Shown: piece after piece, positions 1 through 7,335 of the stretch
How positions within the stretch are numbered: position 1 is the stretch's first letter
How the letters are laid out: each line of letters begins with the position of its first letter
DNA from: a virus
Lineage: Duplodnaviria; Heunggongvirae; Uroviricota; Caudoviricetes
Strand: one strand, 5' to 3'
Length of the DNA: 9,071 bases
IMG/VR virus record: IMGVR_UViG_3300029043_000159
Made by a program: the position numbers and the translations under genes
Notes under the pieces: model-generated
What the model was told of the DNA's origin: nothing
The model's database searches: none
What the model saw: the letters and a program-made list of their open reading frames with translations, nothing else

Positions 1-1
1 C

Positions 2-1435
2 CCCAGCCAGATCGAGCGCCATCAACGGCAAACGCTTTATCAGTTGATGGACGGTCTGAATACGTTTTACCAACAATCTTTACAGCAACCTGTTGCCACG
101 TCTGCGCGCCAGTATCTGGAAAAACGCGGATTAAGCCACGAGGTTATCGCCCGCTTTGCGATTGGTTTTGCCCCCCCTGGCTGGGACAACGTCCTGAAGC
201 GGTTTGGCGGCAATCCAGAAAATCGCCAGTCATTGATTGATGCGGGCATGTTGGTCACTAACGATCAGGGGCGCAGTTACGACCGTTTCCGCGAGCGGGT
301 GATGTTCCCCATTCGTGATAAACGCGGTCGGGTGATTGGTTTTGGCGGACGCGTGCTGGGCAACGATACCCCCAAATACCTGAACTCGCCGGAAACGGAC
401 ATTTTCCATAAAGGCCGCCAGCTTTACGGTCTTTATGAAGCGCAGCAGGATAACGCTGAACCCAATCGTCTGCTTGTGGTCGAAGGCTATATGGACGTGG
501 TGGCGCTGGCGCAATACGGCATTAATTACGCCGTTGCGTCGTTAGGTACGTCAACCACCGCCGATCACATACAACTGTTGTTCCGCGCGACCAACAATGT
601 CATTTGCTGTTATGACGGCGACCGTGCAGGCCGCGATGCCGCATGGCGAGCGCTGGAAACGGCGTTGCCTTACATGACAGACGGTCGTCAGCTACGCTTT
701 ATGTTTTTGCCGGATGGCGAAGACCCTGACACGCTGGTACGAAAAGAAGGTAAAGAAGCGTTTGAAGCGCGGATGGAGCAGGCGATGCCACTCTCCGCAT
801 TTCTGTTTAACAGTCTGATGCCGCAAGTTGATCTGAGTACCCCTGACGGGCGCGCACGTTTAAGTACGCTGGCACTGCCATTGATATCGCAAGTGCCGGG
901 CGAAACGCTGCGAATATATCTTCGTCAGGAATTAGGCAACAAATTAGGCATACTTGATGACAGCCAGCTTGAACGATTAATCCCAAAAGCGGCAGAGAGC
1001 GGCGTTTCTCGCCCTGTTCCGCAGCTAAAACGCACGACCATGCGTATACTTATAGGGTTGCTGGTGCAAAATCCAGAATTAGCGACGTTGGTCCCGCCGC
1101 TTGAGAATCTGGATGAAAATAAGCTCCCTGGGCTTGGCTTATTCAGAGAACTGGTCAACACTTGTCTCTCCCAGCCAGGTCTGACCACCGGGCAACTTTT
1201 AGAGCACTATCGTGGTACAAATAATGCTGCCACCCTTGAAAAACTGTCGATGTGGGACGATATAGCAGATAAGAATATTGCTGAGCAAACCTTCACCGAC
1301 TCACTCAACCATATGTTTGATTCGCTGCTTGAACTGCGCCAGGAAGAGTTAATCGCTCGTGAGCGCACGCATGGTTTAAGCAACGAAGAACGCCTGGAGC
1401 TCTGGACATTAAACCAGGAGCTGGCGAAAAAGTAA
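2..1435 (+). CDS. dnaG: DNA primase DnaG, 5'-truncated by the window edge (about 477 C-terminal residues present; reading frame starts at position 2)
   Basis: Frame open from position 2 to TAA at 1433-1435. Translation (…RTLYQLMDGLNTFYQQSLQQPVATSARQYLEKRGLSHEVIARFAIGFAPPGWDNVLKRF… ending …LELWTLNQELAKK) matches E. coli DnaG as I remember it; rpoD follows immediately as in the rpsU-dnaG-rpoD operon. Identity from memory, not a search. Confidence 0.96.
   Translation, partial: PSQIERHQRQTLYQLMDGLNTFYQQSLQQPVATSARQYLEKRGLSHEVIARFAIGFAPPGWDNVLKRFGGNPENRQSLIDAGMLVTNDQGRSYDRFRERVMFPIRDKRGRVIGFGGRVLGNDTPKYLNSPETDIFHKGRQLYGLYEAQQDNAEPNRLLVVEGYMDVVALAQYGINYAVASLGTSTTADHIQLLFRATNNVICCYDGDRAGRDAAWRALETALPYMTDGRQLRFMFLPDGEDPDTLVRKEGKEAFEARMEQAMPLSAFLFNSLMPQVDLSTPDGRARLSTLALPLISQVPGETLRIYLRQELGNKLGILDDSQLERLIPKAAESGVSRPVPQLKRTTMRILIGLLVQNPELATLVPPLENLDENKLPGLGLFRELVNTCLSQPGLTTGQLLEHYRGTNNAATLEKLSMWDDIADKNIAEQTFTDSLNHMFDSLLELRQEELIARERTHGLSNEERLELWTLNQELAKK
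1233..1263 (+). promoter_or_regulatory. Candidate sigma32 heat-shock promoter (rpoD P-HS) inside the dnaG 3' coding region
   Basis: 'cccttgaaa' at 1233-1241 matches the sigma32 -35 consensus (CCCTTGAA); a '-10'-like 'gggacgatat' follows about 13 nt later. A heat-shock promoter for rpoD inside distal dnaG is established for E. coli; the exact placement here is from motif reading only. Confidence 0.45.
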
Positions 1436-1629
1436 TTTAACGGCTTAAGTGCCGAAGAGCGATCGGGAAGCCCCCGACAGCCGCACTGAGAGGCAGCGGC
1501 AAATATATAAGTACGCCCTCGTAATTATCGTTGGCGGTAAACAACCGTTGGATTTCAGCGTTAACGGCTGAAGGACATCGGGTCAATCGCCCAACACCAA
1601 CCTCATGAAATAAGTGTGGATACCGTCTT

Positions 1630-3471
1630 ATGGAGCAAAACCCGCAGTCACAGCTGAAACTTCTTGTCACCCGTGGTAAGGAGCAAGGCTATCTGACCTA
1701 TGCCGAGGTCAATGACCATCTGCCGGAAGATATCGTCGATTCAGATCAGATCGAAGACATCATCCAAATGATCAACGACATGGGCATTCAGGTGATGGAA
1801 GAAGCACCGGATGCCGATGATCTGATGCTGGCTGAAAACACCGCGGACGAAGATGCTGCCGAAGCCGCCGCGCAGGTGCTTTCCAGCGTGGAATCTGAAA
1901 TCGGGCGCACGACTGACCCGGTACGCATGTACATGCGTGAAATGGGCACCGTTGAACTGTTGACCCGCGAAGGCGAAATTGACATCGCTAAGCGTATTGA
2001 AGACGGGATCAACCAGGTTCAATGCTCCGTTGCTGAATATCCGGAAGCGATCACCTATCTGCTGGAACAGTACGATCGTGTTGAAGCAGAAGAAGCGCGT
2101 CTGTCCGATCTGATCACCGGCTTTGTTGACCCGAACGCAGAAGAAGATCTGGCACCTACCGCCACTCACGTCGGTTCTGAGCTTTCCCAGGAAGATCTGG
2201 ACGATGACGAAGATGAAGACGAAGAAGATGGCGATGACGACAGCGCCGATGATGACAACAGCATCGACCCGGAACTGGCTCGCGAAAAATTTGCGGAACT
2301 GCGCGCTCAGTACGTTGTAACGCGTGACACCATCAAAGCGAAAGGTCGCAGTCACGCTGCCGCTCAGGAAGAGATCCTGAAACTGTCTGAAGTATTCAAA
2401 CAGTTCCGCCTGGTGCCGAAGCAGTTTGACTACCTGGTCAACAGCATGCGCGTCATGATGGACCGCGTTCGTACGCAAGAACGTCTGATCATGAAGCTCT
2501 GTGTTGAGCAGTGCAAAATGCCGAAGAAAAACTTCATTACCCTGTTTACCGGCAACGAAACCAGCGATACCTGGTTCAACGCGGCAATTGCGATGAACAA
2601 GCCGTGGTCGGAAAAACTGCACGATGTCTCTGAAGAAGTGCATCGCGCCCTGCAGAAACTGCAGCAGATTGAAGAAGAAACCGGCCTGACCATCGAGCAG
2701 GTTAAAGATATCAACCGTCGTATGTCCATCGGTGAAGCGAAAGCCCGCCGTGCGAAGAAAGAGATGGTTGAAGCGAACTTACGTCTGGTTATTTCTATCG
2801 CCAAGAAATACACCAACCGTGGCTTGCAGTTCCTTGACCTGATTCAGGAAGGTAACATCGGCCTGATGAAAGCGGTTGATAAATTCGAATACCGCCGTGG
2901 TTACAAGTTCTCCACCTACGCAACCTGGTGGATCCGTCAGGCGATCACCCGCTCTATCGCGGATCAGGCGCGCACCATCCGTATTCCGGTGCATATGATT
3001 GAGACTATCAACAAACTCAACCGTATTTCTCGCCAGATGCTGCAAGAGATGGGCCGTGAACCGACGCCGGAAGAACTGGCTGAACGTATGCTGATGCCGG
3101 AAGACAAGATCCGCAAAGTGCTGAAGATCGCCAAAGAGCCAATCTCCATGGAAACGCCGATCGGTGATGATGAAGATTCGCATCTGGGGGATTTCATCGA
3201 GGATACCACCCTCGAGCTGCCGCTGGATTCTGCGACCACCGAAAGCCTGCGTGCGGCAACGCACGACGTGCTGGCTGGCCTGACCGCGCGTGAAGCGAAA
3301 GTTCTGCGTATGCGCTTCGGTATCGATATGAACACCGACCACACGCTGGAAGAAGTGGGTAAACAGTTCGACGTTACCCGCGAACGTATCCGTCAGATCG
3401 AAGCGAAGGCGCTGCGCAAACTGCGTCACCCGAGCCGTTCTGAAGTGCTGCGTAGCTTCCTGGACGATTAA
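1630..3471 (+). CDS. rpoD: RNA polymerase sigma-70 factor RpoD (613 aa)
   Basis: 613-aa [39 protein letters not shown]… with the acidic linker ([14 protein letters not shown]) and conserved region 2/4 motifs (…[27 protein letters not shown]… / …[30 protein letters not shown]…). Matches E. coli sigma-70 from memory. Confidence 0.98.
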   Translation: MEQNPQSQLKLLVTRGKEQGYLTYAEVNDHLPEDIVDSDQIEDIIQMINDMGIQVMEEAPDADDLMLAENTADEDAAEAAAQVLSSVESEIGRTTDPVRMYMREMGTVELLTREGEIDIAKRIEDGINQVQCSVAEYPEAITYLLEQYDRVEAEEARLSDLITGFVDPNAEEDLAPTATHVGSELSQEDLDDDEDEDEEDGDDDSADDDNSIDPELAREKFAELRAQYVVTRDTIKAKGRSHAAAQEEILKLSEVFKQFRLVPKQFDYLVNSMRVMMDRVRTQERLIMKLCVEQCKMPKKNFITLFTGNETSDTWFNAAIAMNKPWSEKLHDVSEEVHRALQKLQQIEEETGLTIEQVKDINRRMSIGEAKARRAKKEMVEANLRLVISIAKKYTNRGLQFLDLIQEGNIGLMKAVDKFEYRRGYKFSTYATWWIRQAITRSIADQARTIRIPVHMIETINKLNRISRQMLQEMGREPTPEELAERMLMPEDKIRKVLKIAKEPISMETPIGDDEDSHLGDFIEDTTLELPLDSATTESLRAATHDVLAGLTAREAKVLRMRFGIDMNTDHTLEEVGKQFDVTRERIRQIEAKALRKLRHPSRSEVLRSFLDD

Positions 3472-3511
3472 TCGGTAGAGGCGTTACGCCGCACCCGGCA
3501 CTAGTCCCTCT

Positions 3512-3534
3512 GCACAAACGCCACCTTTTCGGTG
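3512..3534 (+). terminator. Left half of the rpoD/mug convergent intrinsic terminator, split by the IS4 insertion
   Basis: Joining the left flank 'aaacgc' + one copy of the duplication 'caccttttcggtg' + the right flank 'gcgtttttt' reconstructs 'aaacgccacc-ttttc-ggtggcgtttttt', a 10-bp stem with a 5-nt loop followed by a T-run. With IS4 present only a 4-bp 'cacc/ggtg' stem remains on this side. Confidence 0.6.
3522..3534. repeat. IS4 target-site duplication, left copy (13 bp, 'caccttttcggtg')
   Basis: Identical 13-mer directly abuts both IS4 termini (3522-3534 and 4961-4973). Confidence 0.9.
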
Positions 3535-3583
3535 TAATGCCGATCAGTTAAGGATCAGTTGACCGATCCAGTGGCTGTGTAAG

Positions 3584-3618
3584 AATCCGGAAACGCTCAC
3601 TTGTTTCCGGATTTTTTT
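3584..3618 (+). promoter_or_regulatory. Perfect 11-bp hairpin plus T-run inside the IS4 left end, immediately 5' of the transposase ATG (terminator-like)
   Basis: 'aatccggaaac' (3584-3594), loop 'gctcactt', 'gtttccggatt' (3603-3613), then T-run to 3618; the ATG is at 3619. Seen directly in the sequence; function inferred. Confidence 0.4.
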
Positions 3619-4947
3619 ATGCACATTGGACAGGCTCTTGATCTGGTATCCCGTTACGATTCTCTGCGTAACCCACTGACTTCTCTGGGGGATTACCTCG
3701 ACCCCGAACTCATCTCTCGTTGCCTTGCCGAATCAGGTACTGTAACGCTACGCAAGCGCCGTCTTCCCCTCGAAATGATGGTCTGGTGTATTGTTGGCAT
3801 GGCGCTTGAGCGTAAAGAACCTCTTCACCAGATTGTGAATCGCCTGGACATCATGCTGCCAGGCAATCGCCCCTTCGTTGCCCCCAGTGCCGTTATTCAG
3901 GCCCGCCAGCGCCTGGGAAGTGAGGCTGTCCGCCGCGTGTTCACGAAAACAGCGCAGCTCTGGCATAACGCCACGCCGCATCCGCACTGGTGCGGCCTGA
4001 CCCTGCTGGCCATCGATGGTGTGTTCTGGCGCACACCGGATACACCAGAGAACGATGCAGCCTTCCCCCGCCAGACACATGCCGGGAACCCGGCGCTCTA
4101 CCCGCAGGTCAAAATGGTCTGCCAGATGGAACTGACCAGCCATCTGCTGACGGCTGCAGCCTTCGGCACGATGAAGAACAGCGAAAATGAGCTTGCTGAG
4201 CAACTTATAGAACAAACCGGCGATAACACTCTGACGTTAATGGATAAAGGTTATTACTCACTGGGACTGTTAAATGCCTGGAGCCTGGCGGGAGAACACC
4301 GCCACTGGATGATACCTCTCAGAAAGGGAGCGCAATATGAAGAGATCAGAAAACTGGGTAAAGGCGATCATCTGGTGAAGCTGAAAACCAGCCCGCAGGC
4401 ACGAAAAAAGTGGCCGGGACTGGGAAATGAAGTAACAGCCCGCCTGCTGACCGTGACGCGCAAAGGAAAAGTCTGCCATCTGCTGACGTCGATGACGGAC
4501 GCCATGCGCTTCCCCGGAGGAGAAATGGGGGATCTGTACAGTCATCGCTGGGAAATCGAACTGGGATACAGGGAGATAAAACAGACGATGCAACTGAGCA
4601 GGCTGACGCTGAGAAGTAAAAAGCCGGAGCTTGTGGAGCAAGAGCTGTGGGGTGTCTTACTGGCTTATAATCTGGTGAGATATCAGATGATTAAAATGGC
4701 GGAACATCTGAAAGGTTACTGGCCGAATCAACTGAGTTTCTCAGAATCATGCGGAATGGTGATGAGAATGCTGATGACATTGCAGGGCGCTTCACCGGGA
4801 CGTATACCGGAGCTGATGCGCGATCTTGCAAGTATGGGACAACTTGTGAAATTACCGACAAGAAGGGAAAGGGCCTTCCCGAGAGTGGTAAAAGAGAGGT
4901 CCTGGAAATACCCCACAGCCCCGAAAAAGAGCCAGTCAGTTGCTTAA
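3619..4947 (+). CDS. insG: IS4 transposase (442 aa from the ATG at 3619; the ORF track's 448-aa version starts at an upstream TTG at 3601)
   Basis: Translation [77 protein letters not shown]… ending …[13 protein letters not shown] matches the E. coli K-12 IS4 transposase InsG from memory. Stop TAA at 4945-4947 lies inside the right inverted repeat. Confidence 0.95.
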   Translation: MHIGQALDLVSRYDSLRNPLTSLGDYLDPELISRCLAESGTVTLRKRRLPLEMMVWCIVGMALERKEPLHQIVNRLDIMLPGNRPFVAPSAVIQARQRLGSEAVRRVFTKTAQLWHNATPHPHWCGLTLLAIDGVFWRTPDTPENDAAFPRQTHAGNPALYPQVKMVCQMELTSHLLTAAAFGTMKNSENELAEQLIEQTGDNTLTLMDKGYYSLGLLNAWSLAGEHRHWMIPLRKGAQYEEIRKLGKGDHLVKLKTSPQARKKWPGLGNEVTARLLTVTRKGKVCHLLTSMTDAMRFPGGEMGDLYSHRWEIELGYREIKQTMQLSRLTLRSKKPELVEQELWGVLLAYNLVRYQMIKMAEHLKGYWPNQLSFSESCGMVMRMLMTLQGASPGRIPELMRDLASMGQLVKLPTRRERAFPRVVKERSWKYPTAPKKSQSVA

Positions 4948-4960
4948 CTGACTGGCATTA

Positions 4961-4973
4961 CACCTTTTCGGTG
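4961..4973. repeat. IS4 target-site duplication, right copy (13 bp, 'caccttttcggtg')
   Basis: Identical to 3522-3534; immediately followed by 'gcgtttttt', the distal half of the split terminator stem and its T-run. Confidence 0.9.
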
Positions 4974-4980
4974 GCGTTTT

Positions 4981-5487
4981 TTATCGCCCACGCACTACCA
5001 GCGCCTGGTCCAGCTCGCGATACGCTTCAACCAGTTTATCCAGTGAAACGCGACTTAAACCACTGGGATTTGGCAGCACCCAAATCTGCGTCGAACCAAT
5101 GGTGAGCGTTTGTTTCCCCCACTGTGCACCGCGCTGGCTGAATCCCTGTTCATATGCTTGTTTGCCCAGAATCGCCAACGCCTGCGGCTGATAATCTTCA
5201 ATTTTTTCAATCAGCTTACGCCCGCCTGCGTGTAGTTCTTGCTTTGAAACTTCATTGGCTTGCACCGTTGGACGGTCTACCAGTTTGGTGACGCCACAAC
5301 GATAATCCAGCAGATGCTGTGACTCCTGCGGCTTCAACTGACGGTCGGTAAACCCGGCCTGATATATCACCTTCCAGAAGCGATTTGCCGGATGAGCAAA
5401 GGGAAAACCAGTCCCGGCAGATGAAAGCCCAGGGTTGATACCGCAAAACACGACCCGTAACCCTGGAGCCAAAATATCCTCAACCAT
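4981..5487 (-). CDS. mug: G/U mismatch-specific DNA glycosylase Mug (168 aa)
   Basis: Translation [51 protein letters not shown]… matches E. coli Mug from memory. Strong Shine-Dalgarno 'aaaggag' about 5 nt upstream of the ATG on the minus strand (5493-5499). Convergent with rpoD, as in E. coli. Confidence 0.96.
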   Translation of the reverse strand: MVEDILAPGLRVVFCGINPGLSSAGTGFPFAHPANRFWKVIYQAGFTDRQLKPQESQHLLDYRCGVTKLVDRPTVQANEVSKQELHAGGRKLIEKIEDYQPQALAILGKQAYEQGFSQRGAQWGKQTLTIGSTQIWVLPNPSGLSRVSLDKLVEAYRELDQALVVRGR

Positions 5488-5611
5488 ATTTACTCCTTTC
5501 TAACATCACCAGGAAAAGTATAACGGATTGAAAATACATTGTTTATAAAAACAGCAGGCGCGCGGTAATGGCTGGATTGCGACACGGAGTTACTTTATAA
5601 TCCGCTACCAT

Positions 5612-5687
5612 GGCCCCTTAGCTCAGTGGTTAGAGCAGGCGACTCATAATCGCTTGGTCGCTGGTTCAAGTCCAGCAGGGGCCACCA
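5612..5687 (+). tRNA. ileX: tRNA-Ile2 (anticodon CAU, lysidine-type), 76 nt including encoded CCA
   Basis: GGCCCCTTAGCTCAGTGGTTAGAGCAGGCGACTCATAATCGCTTGGTCGCTGGTTCAAGTCCAGCAGGGGCCACCA: 7-bp acceptor stem, GTTCAAGTCC T-arm, anticodon stem GGCGA/TCGCT flanking loop C-T-CAT-A-A. Matches E. coli ileX from memory and sits next to mug as in E. coli. Confidence 0.93.
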
Positions 5688-5695
5688 TATCTATC

Positions 5696-5732
5696 AAGGG
5701 GTTACGTTAACAGCGTGACCCCTTCGTTTTTT
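5696..5732 (+). terminator. Intrinsic terminator downstream of ileX
   Basis: Stem 'aaggggt' (5696-5702) pairs with 'acccctt' (5718-5724), followed by 'cgtttttt'. Confidence 0.55.
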
Positions 5733-5734
5733 CT

Positions 5735-5753
5735 AGGATACCTATAGGATACC
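5735..5753. repeat. Direct repeat 'taggatacc' x2 spaced at a 10-bp period, just downstream of the ileX terminator
   Basis: 'taggatacc' at 5735-5743 and 5745-5753. A related GATACCC/GGGTATC inverted pair occurs at about 6071-6090. Confidence 0.5.
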
Positions 5754-6013
5754 GTGACAGAGTATAAGCAGGTATAAAAACAACAAGTTACGCAACATCA
5801 TACCTGTCATGAAACTTTAACTATCCGACATGATAGCTGGTCGATGATCACGGATAATCCGTTATGTGGATCCCCATATCGGCATCAGGCCCACCAGCGT
5901 GAAGCGTTTTTCATTTTTCGCGGGTATAAAAAATCGATGGGGCTGGCAGTCCGGAAGACGTCAGGGTACAGAGATTTGACCCGCCCCTCCCTGTGCATGA
6001 GCACAATAAGTAA

Positions 6014-6037
6014 CCGAAGGCGGAATTCCGCCCTCGG
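6014..6037. repeat. GC-rich hairpin 'ccgaaggcgg-aatt-ccgccctcgg' (10-bp arms, one mismatch)
   Basis: Read directly from the sequence; lies in an ORF-poor stretch between ileX and the phage-like genes. Confidence 0.5.
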
Positions 6038-6162
6038 TACTTACATATGAGAAACGATATTTCTTCCACCGATACCCTTTATTTGGGTATCGCGAGTAAG
6101 CCCCAAAATCTGGGTGTTACTCTTACTACCCAAACTACGGGTAGTTTCCGTAGTTTCATAGT

Positions 6163-6184
6163 CGAGTTGCAGATCTGCAACTCG
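6163..6184. repeat. Perfect 22-bp palindrome 'cgagttgcagatctgcaactcg'
   Basis: The sequence equals its own reverse complement. A second inverted repeat 'aagtgca-ttttt-gcactt' lies at about 6196-6213, both just 3' of the minus-strand 95-aa ORF. Confidence 0.6.
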
Positions 6185-6231
6185 CCACCAGTTGCTAAGT
6201 GCATTTTTGCACTTTCGGTAATATCAACCAG

Positions 6232-6519
6232 TTACCGCCGTAAGTGCTCCGGCTTCCTCCACTGGTAAGTATTTTTCGCGCTCTCCCTCCGTTGTTGAGA
6301 ACGGCGACGGTATGCCAGCAACTCAAGAACTCTGGTTCGTATGTTGCGCATATCCACGCCGTTAAGCTCAATACCGTCACGGAGCATCACCTCAGCCACC
6401 ACACGCGCGTAATTTTCAGCGGTGACTGTATCCGGCTGCGCGGCCTGTTCGTCAACCAACTGGCTGATTCCACCAGCACAGCGGATTAATCGCAGTATTT
6501 CAGATTCGGTCATTATCAT
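6232..6519 (-). CDS. Hypothetical protein (95 aa), translationally coupled to the upstream TerS-like gene by an ATGA overlap
   Basis: ORF MIMTESEILRLIRCAGGISQLVDEQAAQPDTVTAENYARVVAEVMLRDGIELNGVDMRNIRTRVLELLAYRRRSQQRR…; its ATG (6517-6519) overlaps the TGA stop (6516-6518) of the preceding gene. No family recognised; could be a stand-alone small protein or the residual N-terminus of a deleted downstream gene. Confidence 0.55.
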   Translation of the reverse strand: MIMTESEILRLIRCAGGISQLVDEQAAQPDTVTAENYARVVAEVMLRDGIELNGVDMRNIRTRVLELLAYRRRSQQRRESAKNTYQWRKPEHLRR

Positions 6520-7001
6520 GCCTGTTTTGCGACCTCATTCACTACGTCATTTTTTACCATCCGGCTGATAATCTGATTACGCAAATCGTCAATAATTGAC
6601 TGCACTCTGTTTACTGCCATCGGTTTAAGCCCAGCATCACGTGCCAGAATATTGGGGAGTTTTGCCAGTTCCTCGCTTACGACCTCCCCCCATATAGCCA
6701 TCTCTTTTCGCACATCATCGGCGGGTATGAGTTGCGCCGTTTCCTGTTCGAACTTGAGGCGCTCACGTTCGGACTGATACCAGGCCTTACGGTCATGTGG
6801 CTCCATTTCTTCCAGTGATGCCGGAACGGGAAGATCAAGAAAACAGGTCAGAATGTCAGTCACCCGATAGAGTTTCAGCTTGTCATGCCCTCCGGCTGGC
6901 TGGATGTTTTTCAGCCTTGCCGCCGCAGTCTGACGACATATTCCCGCTATCGCCGCCAGTTGGTTAATGTTCAGCATCAGATTTTTCAGTTCTCGATCCA
7001 T
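6516..7001 (-). CDS. Phage terminase small subunit-like protein (lambda Nu1-like N-terminal DNA-binding domain), 161 aa from the ATG at 7001
   Basis: Start chosen at the Met preceded by 'ctggagcggat' (GGAG about 5 nt upstream); the ORF track's longer version begins in the promoter region. N-terminus 'LNINQLAAIAGICRQTAAARLKNIQPAGGHDKLKLYRVTDIL' parallels lambda Nu1 'VNKKQLADIFGASIRTIQNWQEQGMPVLRGGGKGNEVLYDSAAVI' (N-x-x-QLA-x-I-x-G … GG … LY pattern). Similarity judged by eye from memory of Nu1; it could instead be another helix-turn-helix protein. Confidence 0.5.
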   Translation of the reverse strand: MDRELKNLMLNINQLAAIAGICRQTAAARLKNIQPAGGHDKLKLYRVTDILTCFLDLPVPASLEEMEPHDRKAWYQSERERLKFEQETAQLIPADDVRKEMAIWGEVVSEELAKLPNILARDAGLKPMAVNRVQSIIDDLRNQIISRMVKNDVVNEVAKQA

Positions 7002-7228
7002 ATCCGCTCCAGAATGTTTTAAACATGCATATTGCGAACAACTTTCAGAAGAGGTCAAAAAATGCGCTATATGTTGAGCACAAAACAAGCAAAATTAACA
7101 TACCAAAAATAAAAATACTTAAAATTCAATATCATAGAAAGATGATGATGACGAATGAAAATGCAAAAACTAGCCTTTTTCCGCGCCGCTCCCGCCCCGT
7201 GGCAGGCCACCCCACCGGGAGGACCCGT

Positions 7229-7252
7229 AAAAAAGGCGGCTATAGCCGCCCT
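7229..7252 (-). terminator. Intrinsic terminator acting on minus-strand transcription (perfect 16-bp palindrome 'ggcggctatagccgcc' with a flanking A-run on the plus strand)
   Basis: Plus strand reads 'aaaaaa-ggcggctatagccgcc'; on the minus strand this is a GC hairpin followed by UUUUUU. Lies at the 3' side of the ClpP-like remnant and upstream of the TerS-like gene. Confidence 0.55.
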
Positions 7253-7335
7253 TGAACACTTCACTGATTCTATTAATGCGCTTCTGCTCTCCACCAGCAA
7301 TATTTGCCTCCCCCTGTAGCGATGTAATCATTCCT

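Larger units (their letters stand above)
3535..4960 (+). mobile_element. Insertion sequence IS4, complete copy (1426 bp) with imperfect 18-bp terminal inverted repeats
   Basis: Left end 'taatgccgatcagttaag' (3535-3552) versus the reverse complement of the right end (4943-4960) 'taatgccagtcagttaag', 16/18 identical. Length 4960-3535+1 = 1426 bp equals the IS4 length I recall. Flanked by a 13-bp direct repeat and carries one long transposase ORF. Confidence 0.93.

Noticed and set aside
67-1188. Minus-strand ORFs 67..258, 230..514 and 925..1188 inside dnaG
   Set aside because: Antisense to the dnaG reading frame; typical overlapping-frame artefacts.
2190-2260. Low-complexity GAT/GAA-rich repeat that could be taken for a microsatellite or repeat element
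   Set aside because: It encodes the known acidic stretch of sigma-70 ([14 protein letters not shown]) and is in frame within rpoD.
1741-2643. 300-aa minus-strand ORF (and 1788..2012, 2430..2816, 2779..3429, 2964..3344) inside rpoD
   Set aside because: Antisense shadow ORFs within a certainly identified, highly conserved gene; no independent start or ribosome-binding evidence.
3601-3618. TTG start at 3601 giving a 448-aa transposase
   Set aside because: The codon lies inside the hairpin loop/stem; the remembered IS4 transposase begins MHIGQ at the ATG at 3619. The extension is probably an ORF-caller artefact.
3748-4916. Minus-strand ORFs (3748..4215, 4270..4641, 4728..4916) and plus-strand 3990..4190 inside IS4
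   Set aside because: They overlap the transposase gene in other frames; nothing recognisable and no start signals.
4749-5105. 118-aa plus-strand ORF spanning the IS4 right end into mug
   Set aside because: Crosses the IS4 boundary and the split terminator and is antisense to mug; it cannot be a coherent gene.
5735-6213. Possibility of a CRISPR array or integron attC given the multiple repeats and palindromes
   Set aside because: The repeats are few, differ in sequence and are irregularly spaced; there is no repeat-spacer periodicity and no cas or intI gene nearby.
5844-6380. Short ORFs 5844..6050 (+), 6047..6268 (+) and 6195..6380 (-) in the region downstream of ileX
   Set aside because: No ribosome-binding sites, they run through palindromes and hairpins, and the products look like random sequence. 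The region is treated as non-coding/structured DNA.
6516-7088. Full 190-aa version of the TerS-like ORF starting at 7088
   Set aside because: The first 29 codons (MFCAQHIAHFLTSSESCSQYACLKHSGAD) read through the promoter region and have no ribosome-binding site; the internal ATG at 7001 has a GGAG at optimal spacing.
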